64,000 bases of DNA from Desulfomonilia bacterium (GTDB lineage Bacteria; Desulfobacterota; Desulfomonilia; UBA1062): the NCBI GenBank assembly GCA_050014195.1, contig JBEKDT010000011.1:1-64000 (forward strand), read 5' to 3'. The notes under the pieces are model-generated. The model was not told the DNA's origin. It did no database searches and worked only from the letters and a program-made list of their open reading frames with translations. A program made the translations under genes and the position numbers. How positions within the stretch are numbered: the first letter of the stretch is position 1; each line of letters opens with the position of its first letter. Shown here piece by piece: positions 38,142 through 48,664 of this stretch.

Positions 38142-39859
38142 AAATTGAATTCATAGCAGAAGTGTCAAGTAATCATAACCGCGATTTAGACCGTTGCCTT
38201 GCATTCATTGATAGGGCTGCTTCTGTTGGCTGCGCAGGCGTAAAGTTTCAACTCTTCAAGATACAGGAATTGTTCGCCCAGGAGATCTTAATTAAGAGCA
38301 AAAAGCACCGTCAACGTGAGGCATGGGAACTGCCAGTAGAATTCCTGCCAGAACTGTCTCAAAGGTGCCGTGAGCAGAAGATTAAATTCGGTTGTACACC
38401 TTTCTACCTCAAAGCCGTCAATGAACTCTATCCTTACGTGGATTTTTACAAGATTGCTTCCTACGAAATTCTTTGGAAGGAACTCTTAAAGTATTGCGCT
38501 TCAACAGGTAAGCCGGTGGTGCTTTCAACAGGCATGGCTGTTCTCGAAGAAGTACTCGCCGCTGTGGAGATACTTAAGGATGCTGGCTGCCGAGATCTTA
38601 CTTTGCTGCACTGTGTTTCGGGTTACCCGACTCCTCCCCAGGAATGTAATCTGGCAGCTATAGAGACACTTCGCCAGTCTACACAACTTCCGGTTGGCTG
38701 GTCAGATCATAGTGCCAATCCTGCTGTCATCACCCGCGCAGTGCACCGCTGGGGAGCAACTATGATCGAGCTCCATCTCGACATTGATGGGACCGGTGAA
38801 GAGTTTGCCATGGGCCATTGCTGGCTACCACATCAGATATCGCATGCCATAACAATGATTAGTGATGGCTATATTTCAGACGGAACGCGCGATAAGGGTC
38901 CAACGCCAATTGAAGTTGCAGACAGAGAATGGCGGGCTGATCCATGTGATGGATTACGTCCAATGAAAAGTATACGAAAGGACTACCAAGGTGATGAAAA
39001 GGTCTTTGATCAACCAATATTGCCCTCCCTTTCCGCAATTGAGGCGATGACTCGCAATTTACCGGAAGTGGATTTCAATTCGCATTTTTCACAAAATAAT
39101 GTATGGACTTCGCGAATTTTAGGTCTTGAACCCTTTCAACAAAAGCGAGATGAAGACTTGGTCACGCGGGAATATGAGAAAGATTCTTATAGTAAAATTC
39201 TTGATACCTACCGAGATAATCCTCAAATCCTGCGTCAATTAATAATCAAACCAGACCAAACACTCAGTGTAGTATCGTTGGGCGAACGTCTCTTATTGTC
39301 CCCATTAAATGTCTATTATACTATTGCTAGATACCACATGTGGAAAACTCTTCAATCTGAGCATAGCCCCTTTATATGCGAATTGGGGGCTGGATATGGC
39401 CCAAATCTGCTTTGGTATAAGGCCTATGGAGGACAAAGGCAAATCTATGCTGGTGAATATTCCGAAAGTGCCAGGATTTTAGGAGGCCTACTCGGACTCG
39501 AAATTCATTCATTCAATTTTTATCTTCCAGAAACTTACCGTTTCATTAAGGAACATTCTCTGCTGTTCACATCTCATGCAATTGAACAAATTCCAGACGC
39601 GAATGTCTTTATTGCAGCCCTCAAAGGTATCCGTGACCGAGTCAAGAGAGTCATTCATTTTGAACCTGTTTACCGGGAAGATAGGCGGACATTAATCGGA
39701 CTAATGCGGAACCGATATGCAAAAATCAATGATTACAATACAAATCTTATGGAATGCCTCAAGAATGATCCGGAAATCAATATTCTATCGTTTGAGCCTG
39801 ACCTGTATGGCATCAATCCTCTTAATCCCTCAAGTATCCTTGTCTGGGAGTTCCGTTAA
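38138..39859 (+). CDS. NeuB/PseI-type nonulosonate synthase fused to class I SAM methyltransferase-like domain
   Basis: IAEVSSNHN, VKFQ, KIASYE, LSTGMA, LLHCVSGYP, GWSDHS; C-terminal ELGAGYG, FTSHAIEQ, IHFEP. Confidence 0.82.
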   Translation: MKIEFIAEVSSNHNRDLDRCLAFIDRAASVGCAGVKFQLFKIQELFAQEILIKSKKHRQREAWELPVEFLPELSQRCREQKIKFGCTPFYLKAVNELYPYVDFYKIASYEILWKELLKYCASTGKPVVLSTGMAVLEEVLAAVEILKDAGCRDLTLLHCVSGYPTPPQECNLAAIETLRQSTQLPVGWSDHSANPAVITRAVHRWGATMIELHLDIDGTGEEFAMGHCWLPHQISHAITMISDGYISDGTRDKGPTPIEVADREWRADPCDGLRPMKSIRKDYQGDEKVFDQPILPSLSAIEAMTRNLPEVDFNSHFSQNNVWTSRILGLEPFQQKRDEDLVTREYEKDSYSKILDTYRDNPQILRQLIIKPDQTLSVVSLGERLLLSPLNVYYTIARYHMWKTLQSEHSPFICELGAGYGPNLLWYKAYGGQRQIYAGEYSESARILGGLLGLEIHSFNFYLPETYRFIKEHSLLFTSHAIEQIPDANVFIAALKGIRDRVKRVIHFEPVYREDRRTLIGLMRNRYAKINDYNTNLMECLKNDPEINILSFEPDLYGINPLNPSSILVWEFR

Positions 39860-39978
39860 GAAAGTTTAAGGTATGCACGGCCTCATCATCTCTGCCAGCA
39901 TGGATCCTGATTGGTGCACTAACTCACTAGACAGTATCTAACTTTTGATAATCTTCAGACAAGAATCGGAGGCTCTTG

Positions 39979-40764
39979 ATGAATACAGCTATAGCGATCA
40001 TTCAGGCGCGTATGGGCTCCACGCGGCTACCCGGGAAGGTACTCAAGGAATTGAGAGGACATGCCATGCTCTGGCATATCGCACGACGCCTGCGGTCCGT
40101 GGCAGGACTTACCCGGATAGTGATTGCCACATCTGATGTCCCTGGCGACACTCCCCTACGAGATTTCGCAGCAGGCGAAGGTATTGATTGCTATGCGGGC
40201 AGTGAAAATGATGTCCTCGATCGATTCTACCAAGCCGCAGTCCAGTTTCAGGCCGATCCTATCGTACGGGTGACGGGTGACTGTCCCTTTGTGGACCCCG
40301 ACGTGATTGCTCGGCTGTTGGATCTCTATCGGACCGGTGGCTTCGATCATGTAGGCGTAGCCACGGGGGCGGGGGCTGTTTTTATGGACGGTGGCCGGTT
40401 TCCCGACGGACTGGATGCGGAGTGCTTCAGTTTTCAAGCCTTGCAACGGGCTTGGCGGGAGGCACGGGAGGCCAGCGACCGCGAGCATGTCACTCCCTAT
40501 CTCTGGCGTGTACCGGGCCGTTTCCGGAACGGCACGCTAAAGGCGGAAAAAGATTATGCAGATATGCGCTGGACCGTGGATAATGCAGACGACTTCACTG
40601 TGGTGCGCGCTGTCTATAATGCCCTTTACCGAGACGATCGCCCCTTCCTTATGCACGACATTATTGCATTTCTCGAACAGCATCCCGAGATCGCCCGGAT
40701 GAACCAAGCCTTTATCGGCAAAGAAGGCTATCGTGATGTATGGTCGCCGAATACGCAGGAGTAA
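39979..40764 (+). CDS. SpsF/PseF-like cytidylyltransferase
   Basis: IIQARMGSTRLPGKVL, GSENDVLDRF, RVTGDCP, REHVT, RWTVD. Confidence 0.88.
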   Translation: MNTAIAIIQARMGSTRLPGKVLKELRGHAMLWHIARRLRSVAGLTRIVIATSDVPGDTPLRDFAAGEGIDCYAGSENDVLDRFYQAAVQFQADPIVRVTGDCPFVDPDVIARLLDLYRTGGFDHVGVATGAGAVFMDGGRFPDGLDAECFSFQALQRAWREAREASDREHVTPYLWRVPGRFRNGTLKAEKDYADMRWTVDNADDFTVVRAVYNALYRDDRPFLMHDIIAFLEQHPEIARMNQAFIGKEGYRDVWSPNTQE

Positions 40765-40766
40765 TC

Positions 40767-42080
40767 ATGAAAGGCCAGGAACTCTATCGTAAAGCCAAAC
40801 GGGTCATCCCCGGCGGCACTCAGTTGCTTTCCAAGCGTCCGGAACTTTTTTTACCTGAACAATGGCCAGCCTACTATACCAAGGCACGAGGGGTCGAGAT
40901 CACCGACCTTGACGGACATACCTATACGGACATGAGCATCATGGGTGTAGGAGCATGTATCCTCGGCTACGCCGATCCAGAGGTGGATGCGGCCGTCGCC
41001 GGCGCCATCGCAGCGGGGGTTCAATCCACTCTCAATGCCCCGGAAGAGGTCGAGCTGGCGGAGATCCTCCTTGATTTGCATCCCTGGGCGCAGATGGTCC
41101 GCTACTGCCGTGCGGGAGGTGAAGCAATGAGCATGGCAGTACGCATAGCACGTGCTGCCACACGAAGAGACAAGATCGCCTTCTGTGGATATCACGGCTG
41201 GACCGATTGGTATCTGGCCGCTAACCTCGCCGAGGACGATCCCCTGGACGGGCATCTTATGCCCGGCCTGGAACCGCGTGGGGTGCCCCGGGCCTTGACG
41301 GGTACGGCGCTGGCATTCCATTACAACCGGATCGATGAGCTCAGGGCCATCGTTGATACACACCACCAGGCACTGGCCGCCATCGTGATGGAACCGCAGC
41401 GCGGTGAGCCGCCAGAGCCGGGATTCCTTGAGGCCGTGCGAGCTATCGCAGATGATATTGGCGCAGTACTCATATTCGACGAGATCACCACGGGATTTCG
41501 TATGACTGCGGGTGGCATCCACCGGCTTCTTAGCATCGTTCCCGATATGGCGATATTCGCCAAGGCCATGGCCAACGGTTATGCCATGGGGGCCGTGATC
41601 GGAAAGGCTGCGGTCATGGAGGCTGCCCAATCGACCTTTATCAGCTCCACGAACTGGACCGAACGGATCGGACCAACGGCGGCGATGGCCACCATTCGCA
41701 AGTTCATCAGCGCCCAAGTCGCTCCGCACATCATCAAAATCGGTGCTTCCGTGCAACAGGGATGGAAAGATGTTGCTGCCGAGACCGGCTTGAACATTCA
41801 TGTCGACGGACTGCCGACACTTGCGCATTTCAGCATTTTACATCCAGATGAACTCGCCCTGACCACCCTCTTCACCCAGTGGATGCTCGAGCACGGATAT
41901 CTGGCATATAATCAGTTCAAGCCTTCCTTCGCCCATCAGCCTCACCATGTTGAGGACTATCTGGTGCAGGTTAGAACTGCGTTTACCTTTCTGGCCGAGG
42001 CGATCGGTATAGGCAATCCCTCAAGGTTCCTCAAGGGGCCACAAGCGCGCCGTGGTTTCTACCGGCTGACTGAAAGGTGA
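40767..42080 (+). CDS. Class III aminotransferase (GSA aminomutase-like)
   Basis: IPGGTQLLSKRPE, CGYHGW, FDEITTGFR, FAKAMANG. Confidence 0.88.
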   Translation: MKGQELYRKAKRVIPGGTQLLSKRPELFLPEQWPAYYTKARGVEITDLDGHTYTDMSIMGVGACILGYADPEVDAAVAGAIAAGVQSTLNAPEEVELAEILLDLHPWAQMVRYCRAGGEAMSMAVRIARAATRRDKIAFCGYHGWTDWYLAANLAEDDPLDGHLMPGLEPRGVPRALTGTALAFHYNRIDELRAIVDTHHQALAAIVMEPQRGEPPEPGFLEAVRAIADDIGAVLIFDEITTGFRMTAGGIHRLLSIVPDMAIFAKAMANGYAMGAVIGKAAVMEAAQSTFISSTNWTERIGPTAAMATIRKFISAQVAPHIIKIGASVQQGWKDVAAETGLNIHVDGLPTLAHFSILHPDELALTTLFTQWMLEHGYLAYNQFKPSFAHQPHHVEDYLVQVRTAFTFLAEAIGIGNPSRFLKGPQARRGFYRLTER

Positions 42081-42145
42081 TCTTTGTCTACTTCTTTGAA
42101 GAAGGACGGTTTCAACCTGTCTTTTCTGGTAGGTACGCAGGATAA

Positions 42146-43099
42146 ATGCACCTACCGGTAGGTCATAGGAGCCTCGGGAGAACCGGACTGACGGTCTCCG
42201 CTATTGCGCTTGGGACGGTCGAGCTCGGCCTTGACTACGGTATTGAGGCGCCGGGCGGCTATGGTAAACCATCCCAACAGGAGGCCAAGGCCATTGTACG
42301 AATGGCCTTGGAGAACGGGATCAACCTTTTCGATACCGCCCCGGCCTATGGGGAAAGCGAGGCCTTGCTTGGTCAGGTCCTCGATAAGAGTGATGCTATC
42401 ATCGCCACCAAGGTGAACATACCCCGGGACGAACAGGGGCATGTTCTGACCGGCAAGAATCTTAGGCGCAAACTAGAAGCATCCCTTGCCACGAGCATCG
42501 AAAGACTGAAGCGAGACCATCTTGATATCGTCCAGATTCATAACGTGACCACTGTAGTCTTAGAACAAGGCGAAATCACGGAATATCTTCTGCAGGCAAA
42601 ACAACAAGGCATGCTCCGTCACCTCGGCGCATCGGTTTATACCGTTGACGAGGCGCTGGCGGTCATCGCCTCCGGCCATTTTGATGTACTCCAGGTAGCC
42701 TACAATCTCCTTGATTGCCGTATGTCTATAAATGTTTTTCCCTCTGCCCAGGCGGCAGGGATTGGCATCATATCGCGTTCCGCCTTCCTCAAGGGGGTGC
42801 TTACCGACAAGTGGCAATATCTCCCGCCGGCATTGGCCGGACTTAAGGAGACGGTCCTACAAGTGCGGAATAGGCTGGATGGATCTTGTATGGAGCTCCG
42901 CGAAGCGGCATTACGTTTCTGTCTCAGCCATGAGGCAATCGCAACAGTCTTGGTGGGTGTGCGGACTGCCTCTGAACTTGAACAGGCCCTAGTAACCGCA
43001 CGTCAAGGAGCATTGACGCACGAACTGCGAGAAAAGATGGCATGCGTGAGAGTCAATGACGAGTGGCTCCTCAATCCCGCAAACTGGCCGGTGACATGA
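42146..43099 (+). CDS. Aldo/keto reductase
   Basis: LGRTGLTVSAIALGT, FDTAPAYG, IATK, QIHN, QVAYNLLD. Confidence 0.9.
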   Translation: MHLPVGHRSLGRTGLTVSAIALGTVELGLDYGIEAPGGYGKPSQQEAKAIVRMALENGINLFDTAPAYGESEALLGQVLDKSDAIIATKVNIPRDEQGHVLTGKNLRRKLEASLATSIERLKRDHLDIVQIHNVTTVVLEQGEITEYLLQAKQQGMLRHLGASVYTVDEALAVIASGHFDVLQVAYNLLDCRMSINVFPSAQAAGIGIISRSAFLKGVLTDKWQYLPPALAGLKETVLQVRNRLDGSCMELREAALRFCLSHEAIATVLVGVRTASELEQALVTARQGALTHELREKMACVRVNDEWLLNPANWPVT

Positions 43100-44130
43100 A
43101 GCGATCATTCTCCATTATCATGCGCTGTGATGGCGACAAGGAAATTGGATTGGGGCATGTATACCGTTGCCTCGTCCTTGCCCGTGAACTGCGAGATCAC
43201 TATTCGTGGGTTGTTCTGTTCGCCATGTCCTCAGGCATGGCTGGAATCTCAAAGGTACGAGACGAATTCTTCCCGGTAAATGTTAAGCCAGAGGGGATAC
43301 CTGAAGAGGTTTGGCTGGAATTGTTAGTCAATGAATTACATCCTGACGCTTTATTTTTTGATATCCGTACTGATTTGAAAAGGGAAGCAATTGAGCGATT
43401 GAAAATGAATTCTTCTTTAGTCGTTACGTTCGATGATGCGAGTGATCGACGGTTAGCTTCGGATCTGGCATTTTATCCTCCTGTCCCTCAGGCTCGGCGT
43501 CTCCGATGGCCGCACTATAAAGGTCAAGCGCTGATCGGTTGGGAATGGCTATTGGTTCAGGAAGAATATTATCGTCCGCGTTCGACGCATCAAAACGCAG
43601 TGCCGCGCATTTTGGTGACGATGGGCGGCAGTGATCCCGCGAATCTTACCTTACTGGCCATAAAGGCATTGGAAATGGTCGACGAAAAGATTACAGCCGT
43701 GTTGGTATTGGGCCCGGCATTCTCGCACGATGAGGAAATCTCGGACGCGTTGAGCAAAGCAAAGCGATCATACGAAATACATCGTAATCTGCCGGATCTC
43801 GTCGAGCAAGGATTGCACACTGACTTCGCTGTTGCGGCTTTTGGTGGAACTGCGTATGAAATGGCGGCAATGGGTGTGCCGACTGTTTTGCTTGGGCTTA
43901 CCGCAGACCATGCTGCATCAGCTCAATGCCTGGCTGATATTGGTTTGTCACTGAACTTAGGAGAAACGAGCGCAGTTACTCCCAGAAAGTTGGCCAAAGC
44001 TATTTCTGAAATCTTACAACGCCCCGCTTGGGTTGTTGCAGTTCCGGAAAAGGCACGAAAACTGTTTCGTACTCCTGGCGCACAAACTATGGCGAAAAAA
44101 ATTATGCAGGCTGTTGAGAGAATATTTTAG
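43096..44130 (+). CDS. pseG: PseG/SpsG-type UDP-sugar hydrolase (GT28-like)
   Basis: RCDG..IGLGHVYRCL, LVTMGGSD, FGGTAYE. Confidence 0.75.
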   Translation: MKRSFSIIMRCDGDKEIGLGHVYRCLVLARELRDHYSWVVLFAMSSGMAGISKVRDEFFPVNVKPEGIPEEVWLELLVNELHPDALFFDIRTDLKREAIERLKMNSSLVVTFDDASDRRLASDLAFYPPVPQARRLRWPHYKGQALIGWEWLLVQEEYYRPRSTHQNAVPRILVTMGGSDPANLTLLAIKALEMVDEKITAVLVLGPAFSHDEEISDALSKAKRSYEIHRNLPDLVEQGLHTDFAVAAFGGTAYEMAAMGVPTVLLGLTADHAASAQCLADIGLSLNLGETSAVTPRKLAKAISEILQRPAWVVAVPEKARKLFRTPGAQTMAKKIMQAVERIF

Positions 44131-44142
44131 GGAGAATGAAGC

Positions 44143-45324
44143 ATGGCAAACGCTTCAGTTACCATTATTGTGCCTATCTTCAATTCTGATAAATTTCTGG
44201 AAGAGACACTTCAGAGTATCCAGAATCAGTCCTATAAAAATATTCAAGTTCTCCTTATAGACGATGCCTCTTCAGATAGCTCACCGAAAATAATCAAAAA
44301 ATACATCGATTCAGATCCTCGGTTTCAAGCGTTTAAAAATGATTTCAATAGAGGTGTGTCTTACTCAACCAACGTGGGTTTGTCTAACGCTAATGGAGAA
44401 TACATAACATTTCACGATCATGATGATATAATGTTTCCCACTAAGATAGCTACTTGTGTCGATATCCTTGAAAAGCACACGAGTTTCGATGGTGTCATTT
44501 CAGTTGCTGAATATATTTCAGAGAACGGAGAATCTTTAGGAATAACAAGTTTATTGCCTGATTATATAACAACTAATCCGTATTTTGTAAGGGCCTTTGA
44601 AAGAAGCTATATCCCGACATGGGCGATGTTTTTAAGAAGTGAACTATTGAAAGATTTGCGTTTCGACAATGAAAATAAAATTGGCAATCAAGATGCAGAT
44701 TTGTTTCTCAGGCTATTGTATTTAAGGCCTCGTTTTTTTTATTTATCGTCACCTCAAAATAAATTCAGACAAGTTTCGGGGTCTCTATCAAAGAAATCAT
44801 CATCAAGTGTCGAAATATACAGAAAGCATAAAGATATTGATATTCGTGAACTTTATAAAGAGGCAGGTTATTGTGAAAGCATTATTAATTATGCGTTAGC
44901 AAGAGTCAACTTATGGCGTGAGGACAGTGCCTTAGCGCTTGATTACATACAGGCAGCACATCAAGGCATAGACGAAATCCCCCTTGAAGAACAAGATGGC
45001 GTTATTTTTATTCATGCAACATGCCTTTATCTGAATAAGTTATATGTACCTTGCCTTGAAGTTTTAAGCAATCTAAAAAATGGATCATATCAGGCTGAAG
45101 TTTTAAACAATCAGGGAGTTTGTTGGGCGCTGGTTGGAAATCTTTCCAAGGCTAAGAATTCCTTTGAAGGAGCTCTTTCTATTATGTCTGAGTATAAAGA
45201 TCCCAAAAATAATTTGAAAAATTTTATTTCGCCTCAATCAGAAACTGTTTGGCAGTACACAAGATTTCCACTCAGGAATTTATATAAAATCTTAAACATC
45301 TGCCCCCAATGGAGTTGCAAATGA
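44143..45324 (+). CDS. GT2 glycosyltransferase with C-terminal TPR
   Basis: IIVPIFN, IDDASSD, FHDHDD; AEVLNNQGV TPR. Confidence 0.85.
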   Translation: MANASVTIIVPIFNSDKFLEETLQSIQNQSYKNIQVLLIDDASSDSSPKIIKKYIDSDPRFQAFKNDFNRGVSYSTNVGLSNANGEYITFHDHDDIMFPTKIATCVDILEKHTSFDGVISVAEYISENGESLGITSLLPDYITTNPYFVRAFERSYIPTWAMFLRSELLKDLRFDNENKIGNQDADLFLRLLYLRPRFFYLSSPQNKFRQVSGSLSKKSSSSVEIYRKHKDIDIRELYKEAGYCESIINYALARVNLWREDSALALDYIQAAHQGIDEIPLEEQDGVIFIHATCLYLNKLYVPCLEVLSNLKNGSYQAEVLNNQGVCWALVGNLSKAKNSFEGALSIMSEYKDPKNNLKNFISPQSETVWQYTRFPLRNLYKILNICPQWSCK

Positions 45325-46664
45325 ACATTACAGAATTCTCTCCCAAATGGGGGAATTGGTTTTTACGGAATTTGGATAAAGTGGATTATGAGTGCGTATT
45401 TGAGCTTACCACGTCTTGCAATTATCACTGCGAATATTGTTCAAACGGAAGAGGTCGAGAAAATGAGGATGTTTCAAGGCGCGGTCAGACTCAAGAAGAT
45501 ATTCAGAAAATCATAAATTTTTTTGACTCAAACCAAACATGGCACATTGTCATTGGCGGTGGTGAGCCATCAATTCATCCAATGTTTTATGATCTAGTAG
45601 GCAAACTTTCAAAAAAACATTATATCAGTATTTATACTAATTTGTCCCTTGATTTGGAACGTTTGCTTGATTGCGTTCCACACGAAAAAATTGTGTCAGT
45701 GCGCTGCACTCTTCATAATCTAAAAAGCGAAAACATTTTTTTTCAAAAAATTGAAAGACTTAAAAAAGCAAACTTTAATCCTGCCATGGTGTTTGTAGCA
45801 ACACCAGAAAGAATAAATGAGATAGATCGCATTGCATCCAGGTGCAATCTTTTGGGAATCCCCTTATCTATTTTCCCTTTGGCAGGGCCCTATCGCAGCA
45901 AGATTTATCCTCATGACTACGATCAGAAAACAAAGGATTTTTTGCTCGAGCGTCCTTCCCTTGTTTTGTATCCAGGTCATCTTATCAGACTCCTTTCGAA
46001 TAAAGAGGGTCTTGTCACGGCTGGGTTTCAATGCACTGCCGGGTCTAGATTTTTTTCAATTCATGCCGAATCGGGTGCGATTGATCGATGTGAAGGTGTT
46101 CGTACCAAAATCGGGAATATTTATACAGGAGAATTCCTGCCAATGCATGGCGCTACGGAGTGTCCTTCTTCGTGCTGCATTGATTACTGTTTTGCTGATG
46201 ATCTTACCGACCAATATTATCAAAAATTCTTTTCAAGCCAAGTCAATGAAAAGGAAATGGTAGACAAAGCGATCCTTTTTGCCAAGGAATCTATGGAAAG
46301 ACTGGACGTCATGAGGAAAATCATGACCGAAAAGGCACATCAGCTAATTAAAGGCAAGAAGACTTTGCTATGGGGCAGCGGCATGGCAGGCAGTTTTTTT
46401 CTTCAGGCATATTCGGATCTCTTCGACGTTGATCATATAATAGGTTTTGTTGATACGAATGATGAAAAATGGGGCCATACAATTTATGGCAAAGAAATAT
46501 TTCCACCGCGAGCAATCGCAACAATTAAGCCTGATGTTGTATTGATCTGTGCGCCTGCTTTTGAAAATGAAATTTTCGAAATGGCTCATAAATGGGTTGA
46601 TTCCGGTGTACAAGTGTTAGGTCTTGAGAAAGATGTTACTAGGTCTTTATCTTATGGATTTTAG
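45321..46664 (+). CDS. Radical SAM protein with Cys-rich auxiliary region and C-terminal Rossmann-like domain
   Basis: CNYHCEYC, GGGEP, CTAG...C...CPSSCC..YC; LWGSGMAG..GFVD. Confidence 0.85.
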   Translation: MNITEFSPKWGNWFLRNLDKVDYECVFELTTSCNYHCEYCSNGRGRENEDVSRRGQTQEDIQKIINFFDSNQTWHIVIGGGEPSIHPMFYDLVGKLSKKHYISIYTNLSLDLERLLDCVPHEKIVSVRCTLHNLKSENIFFQKIERLKKANFNPAMVFVATPERINEIDRIASRCNLLGIPLSIFPLAGPYRSKIYPHDYDQKTKDFLLERPSLVLYPGHLIRLLSNKEGLVTAGFQCTAGSRFFSIHAESGAIDRCEGVRTKIGNIYTGEFLPMHGATECPSSCCIDYCFADDLTDQYYQKFFSSQVNEKEMVDKAILFAKESMERLDVMRKIMTEKAHQLIKGKKTLLWGSGMAGSFFLQAYSDLFDVDHIIGFVDTNDEKWGHTIYGKEIFPPRAIATIKPDVVLICAPAFENEIFEMAHKWVDSGVQVLGLEKDVTRSLSYGF

Positions 46665-46681
46665 AAAGTTGAGGTTGCATA

Positions 46682-47800
46682 ATGTTTAATGATATTTTGA
46701 GATCTCTTGGCAAGAAGGTTCTTTCCTATAGCGATGCCCTTAATTCTTTCAACCGTGCCGTCATATTTGGTGCTGGTGGTTCTGGAGAACACGCATACCA
46801 TTATTTGCGAGATAAAGGTAAAGAGGTCTTATTTTTTTGCGATAACAACAACTCCAAGCATGGAACATTCGTCGAGAGCATACAAATTTTATCACCGGAA
46901 ATTCTTCGGAAGCAGAAAGATCATGCCGTTATTATTGCTTCAGGTTGGGCGAAAGAAATAGCACTTCAACTGAAGTCTCTTGGTGTAAGTCAATATTATG
47001 ATTTTACTGATATTGTCTATATGTATCAACCAACTAAAAATTCTGAAGGTTTATGGGAAAAGCATTTCAATCCAATTATTTTTCAAGACCATGCAGCGGA
47101 AATTGACCGAATTTACGACGGCTTCAAGGATGAAGGGTCCCAGTGCGCCTTCCTTGGTGTTGTAAAATATAGAATGACCATGGACCCTTCCTATCTATGT
47201 ATTGCTGAATATCAACAATATTATCATCCTATTGTTAAGCCTTCAGCTAATCATGTTATTGTAGATGCCGGCGCGTGGAAGGGTGATATCTCTATAAGTT
47301 TTGCCAAACACCTCCATAAGCAGTGCAAAATTTATTCTTTTGAACCTTCCGAGCGCAATATAATAGATTTAAAAAATGAAATACTTAAGGAGCAAATGGA
47401 AGGAGTAATCGTACCTGTTCCAATGGGGGTCTGGGAAAAAGATGAAAAATATAAATTAAATATTACCGCAGATTATGATCAAGGATATTATCTTGATAAA
47501 GATGGCGAAGAGAGCATACTTCTGACTAGTTTGGACAGCTTTTCACAAAAAAATAATCTAAGTTATGATTTTATTAAGATGGATATTGAAGGAGCAGAAA
47601 CCTCTGCATTGAAGGGTGCAGAAAAATCACTCAAAAAATTTCATCCCGCACTGCAGATTTGTGTTTATCACAAACCGGAAGACTTATGGGAAATTCCGAG
47701 CATAATTGAACGATATTATGATAAGTGTGAATTCTATTTCGGCCATCATGGACAACACCTGCATGAGAGCGTTCTCTATGTCAATCCGTCTTCTGTATAA
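46682..47800 (+). CDS. FkbM family methyltransferase
   Basis: VDAGAWKG, YSFEP, FIKMDIEGAE, ICVYH. Confidence 0.9.
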   Translation: MFNDILRSLGKKVLSYSDALNSFNRAVIFGAGGSGEHAYHYLRDKGKEVLFFCDNNNSKHGTFVESIQILSPEILRKQKDHAVIIASGWAKEIALQLKSLGVSQYYDFTDIVYMYQPTKNSEGLWEKHFNPIIFQDHAAEIDRIYDGFKDEGSQCAFLGVVKYRMTMDPSYLCIAEYQQYYHPIVKPSANHVIVDAGAWKGDISISFAKHLHKQCKIYSFEPSERNIIDLKNEILKEQMEGVIVPVPMGVWEKDEKYKLNITADYDQGYYLDKDGEESILLTSLDSFSQKNNLSYDFIKMDIEGAETSALKGAEKSLKKFHPALQICVYHKPEDLWEIPSIIERYYDKCEFYFGHHGQHLHESVLYVNPSSV

Positions 47801-47881
47801 AATTCGAACATATGAGCAAGACATCGAGAAAGATTTCTTTCTTTGCTCGTTATATAACATTGAATTTATTATATATACTTT

Positions 47882-48649
47882 ATGAATATAAGATCTGACT
47901 TATGTTTAAAAAATAAAGTGGTGCTCGTTACCGGATCAAGCCGTGGCATCGGGCAAGCTATTGCCCTTGAGGCTGCTCGATCAGGCGCCGACATTGTTGT
48001 AACCTATCGTAAACAAGCTCACAGCGCCGAAAGCGTAGCTTCCGAGATACGCAAGCTTGAGAGAAAGGCGTTAGCTCTCCAGGTAGACGTCTCTTCCCGG
48101 GCAAGCATTAAAAAAATGTTTAGTCAAGTGCTTGAAACCTTTTCACGGATAGATGTGCTCGTGAATAATGCCGGGATTCTGCAGCAAAAACCTTTTATGA
48201 AACTATCCGAGGCGGACTGGGACCGCATAATGGATGTCAATCTGAAAGGCTCCTTCCTGTGCAGCCAGGCGGTCTTCCCCATCATGCAACGACAGGGGGG
48301 CGGGAGGATCATCAACATCTCATCCTCGGGAGGTCAGCTGGGCGGCACCCTGGCCGTCCACTATGCCGCCAGCAAGGCCGGGGTGATCTGCCTGACCAAG
48401 TCACTGGCGCGCATTGGAGCGCCGCATGGTATCCTGGTCAATTGTATCGCCCCAGGGCTCATTGAAACCGAGATGACGCGGCAAGAAATAGATTCGACCG
48501 AAGGACAGGAAAAAATCCGCCAGATCCCCCTTAAACGAACCGGGACTCCGGAAGAAATCGCCCAGAGCGTGATCTTCCTTGCTTCTGAAAATGCAAGCTA
48601 CATAACCGGCCAGACAATCAACATCAATGGCGGACTCTATATGGGGTGA
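47882..48649 (+). CDS. SDR oxidoreductase (FabG-like)
   Basis: TGSSRGIG, NNAG, YAASK, IAPG, YITGQ. Confidence 0.92.
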   Translation: MNIRSDLCLKNKVVLVTGSSRGIGQAIALEAARSGADIVVTYRKQAHSAESVASEIRKLERKALALQVDVSSRASIKKMFSQVLETFSRIDVLVNNAGILQQKPFMKLSEADWDRIMDVNLKGSFLCSQAVFPIMQRQGGGRIINISSSGGQLGGTLAVHYAASKAGVICLTKSLARIGAPHGILVNCIAPGLIETEMTRQEIDSTEGQEKIRQIPLKRTGTPEEIAQSVIFLASENASYITGQTININGGLYMG

Positions 48650-48664
48650 TCAGGGAAGACAAGG

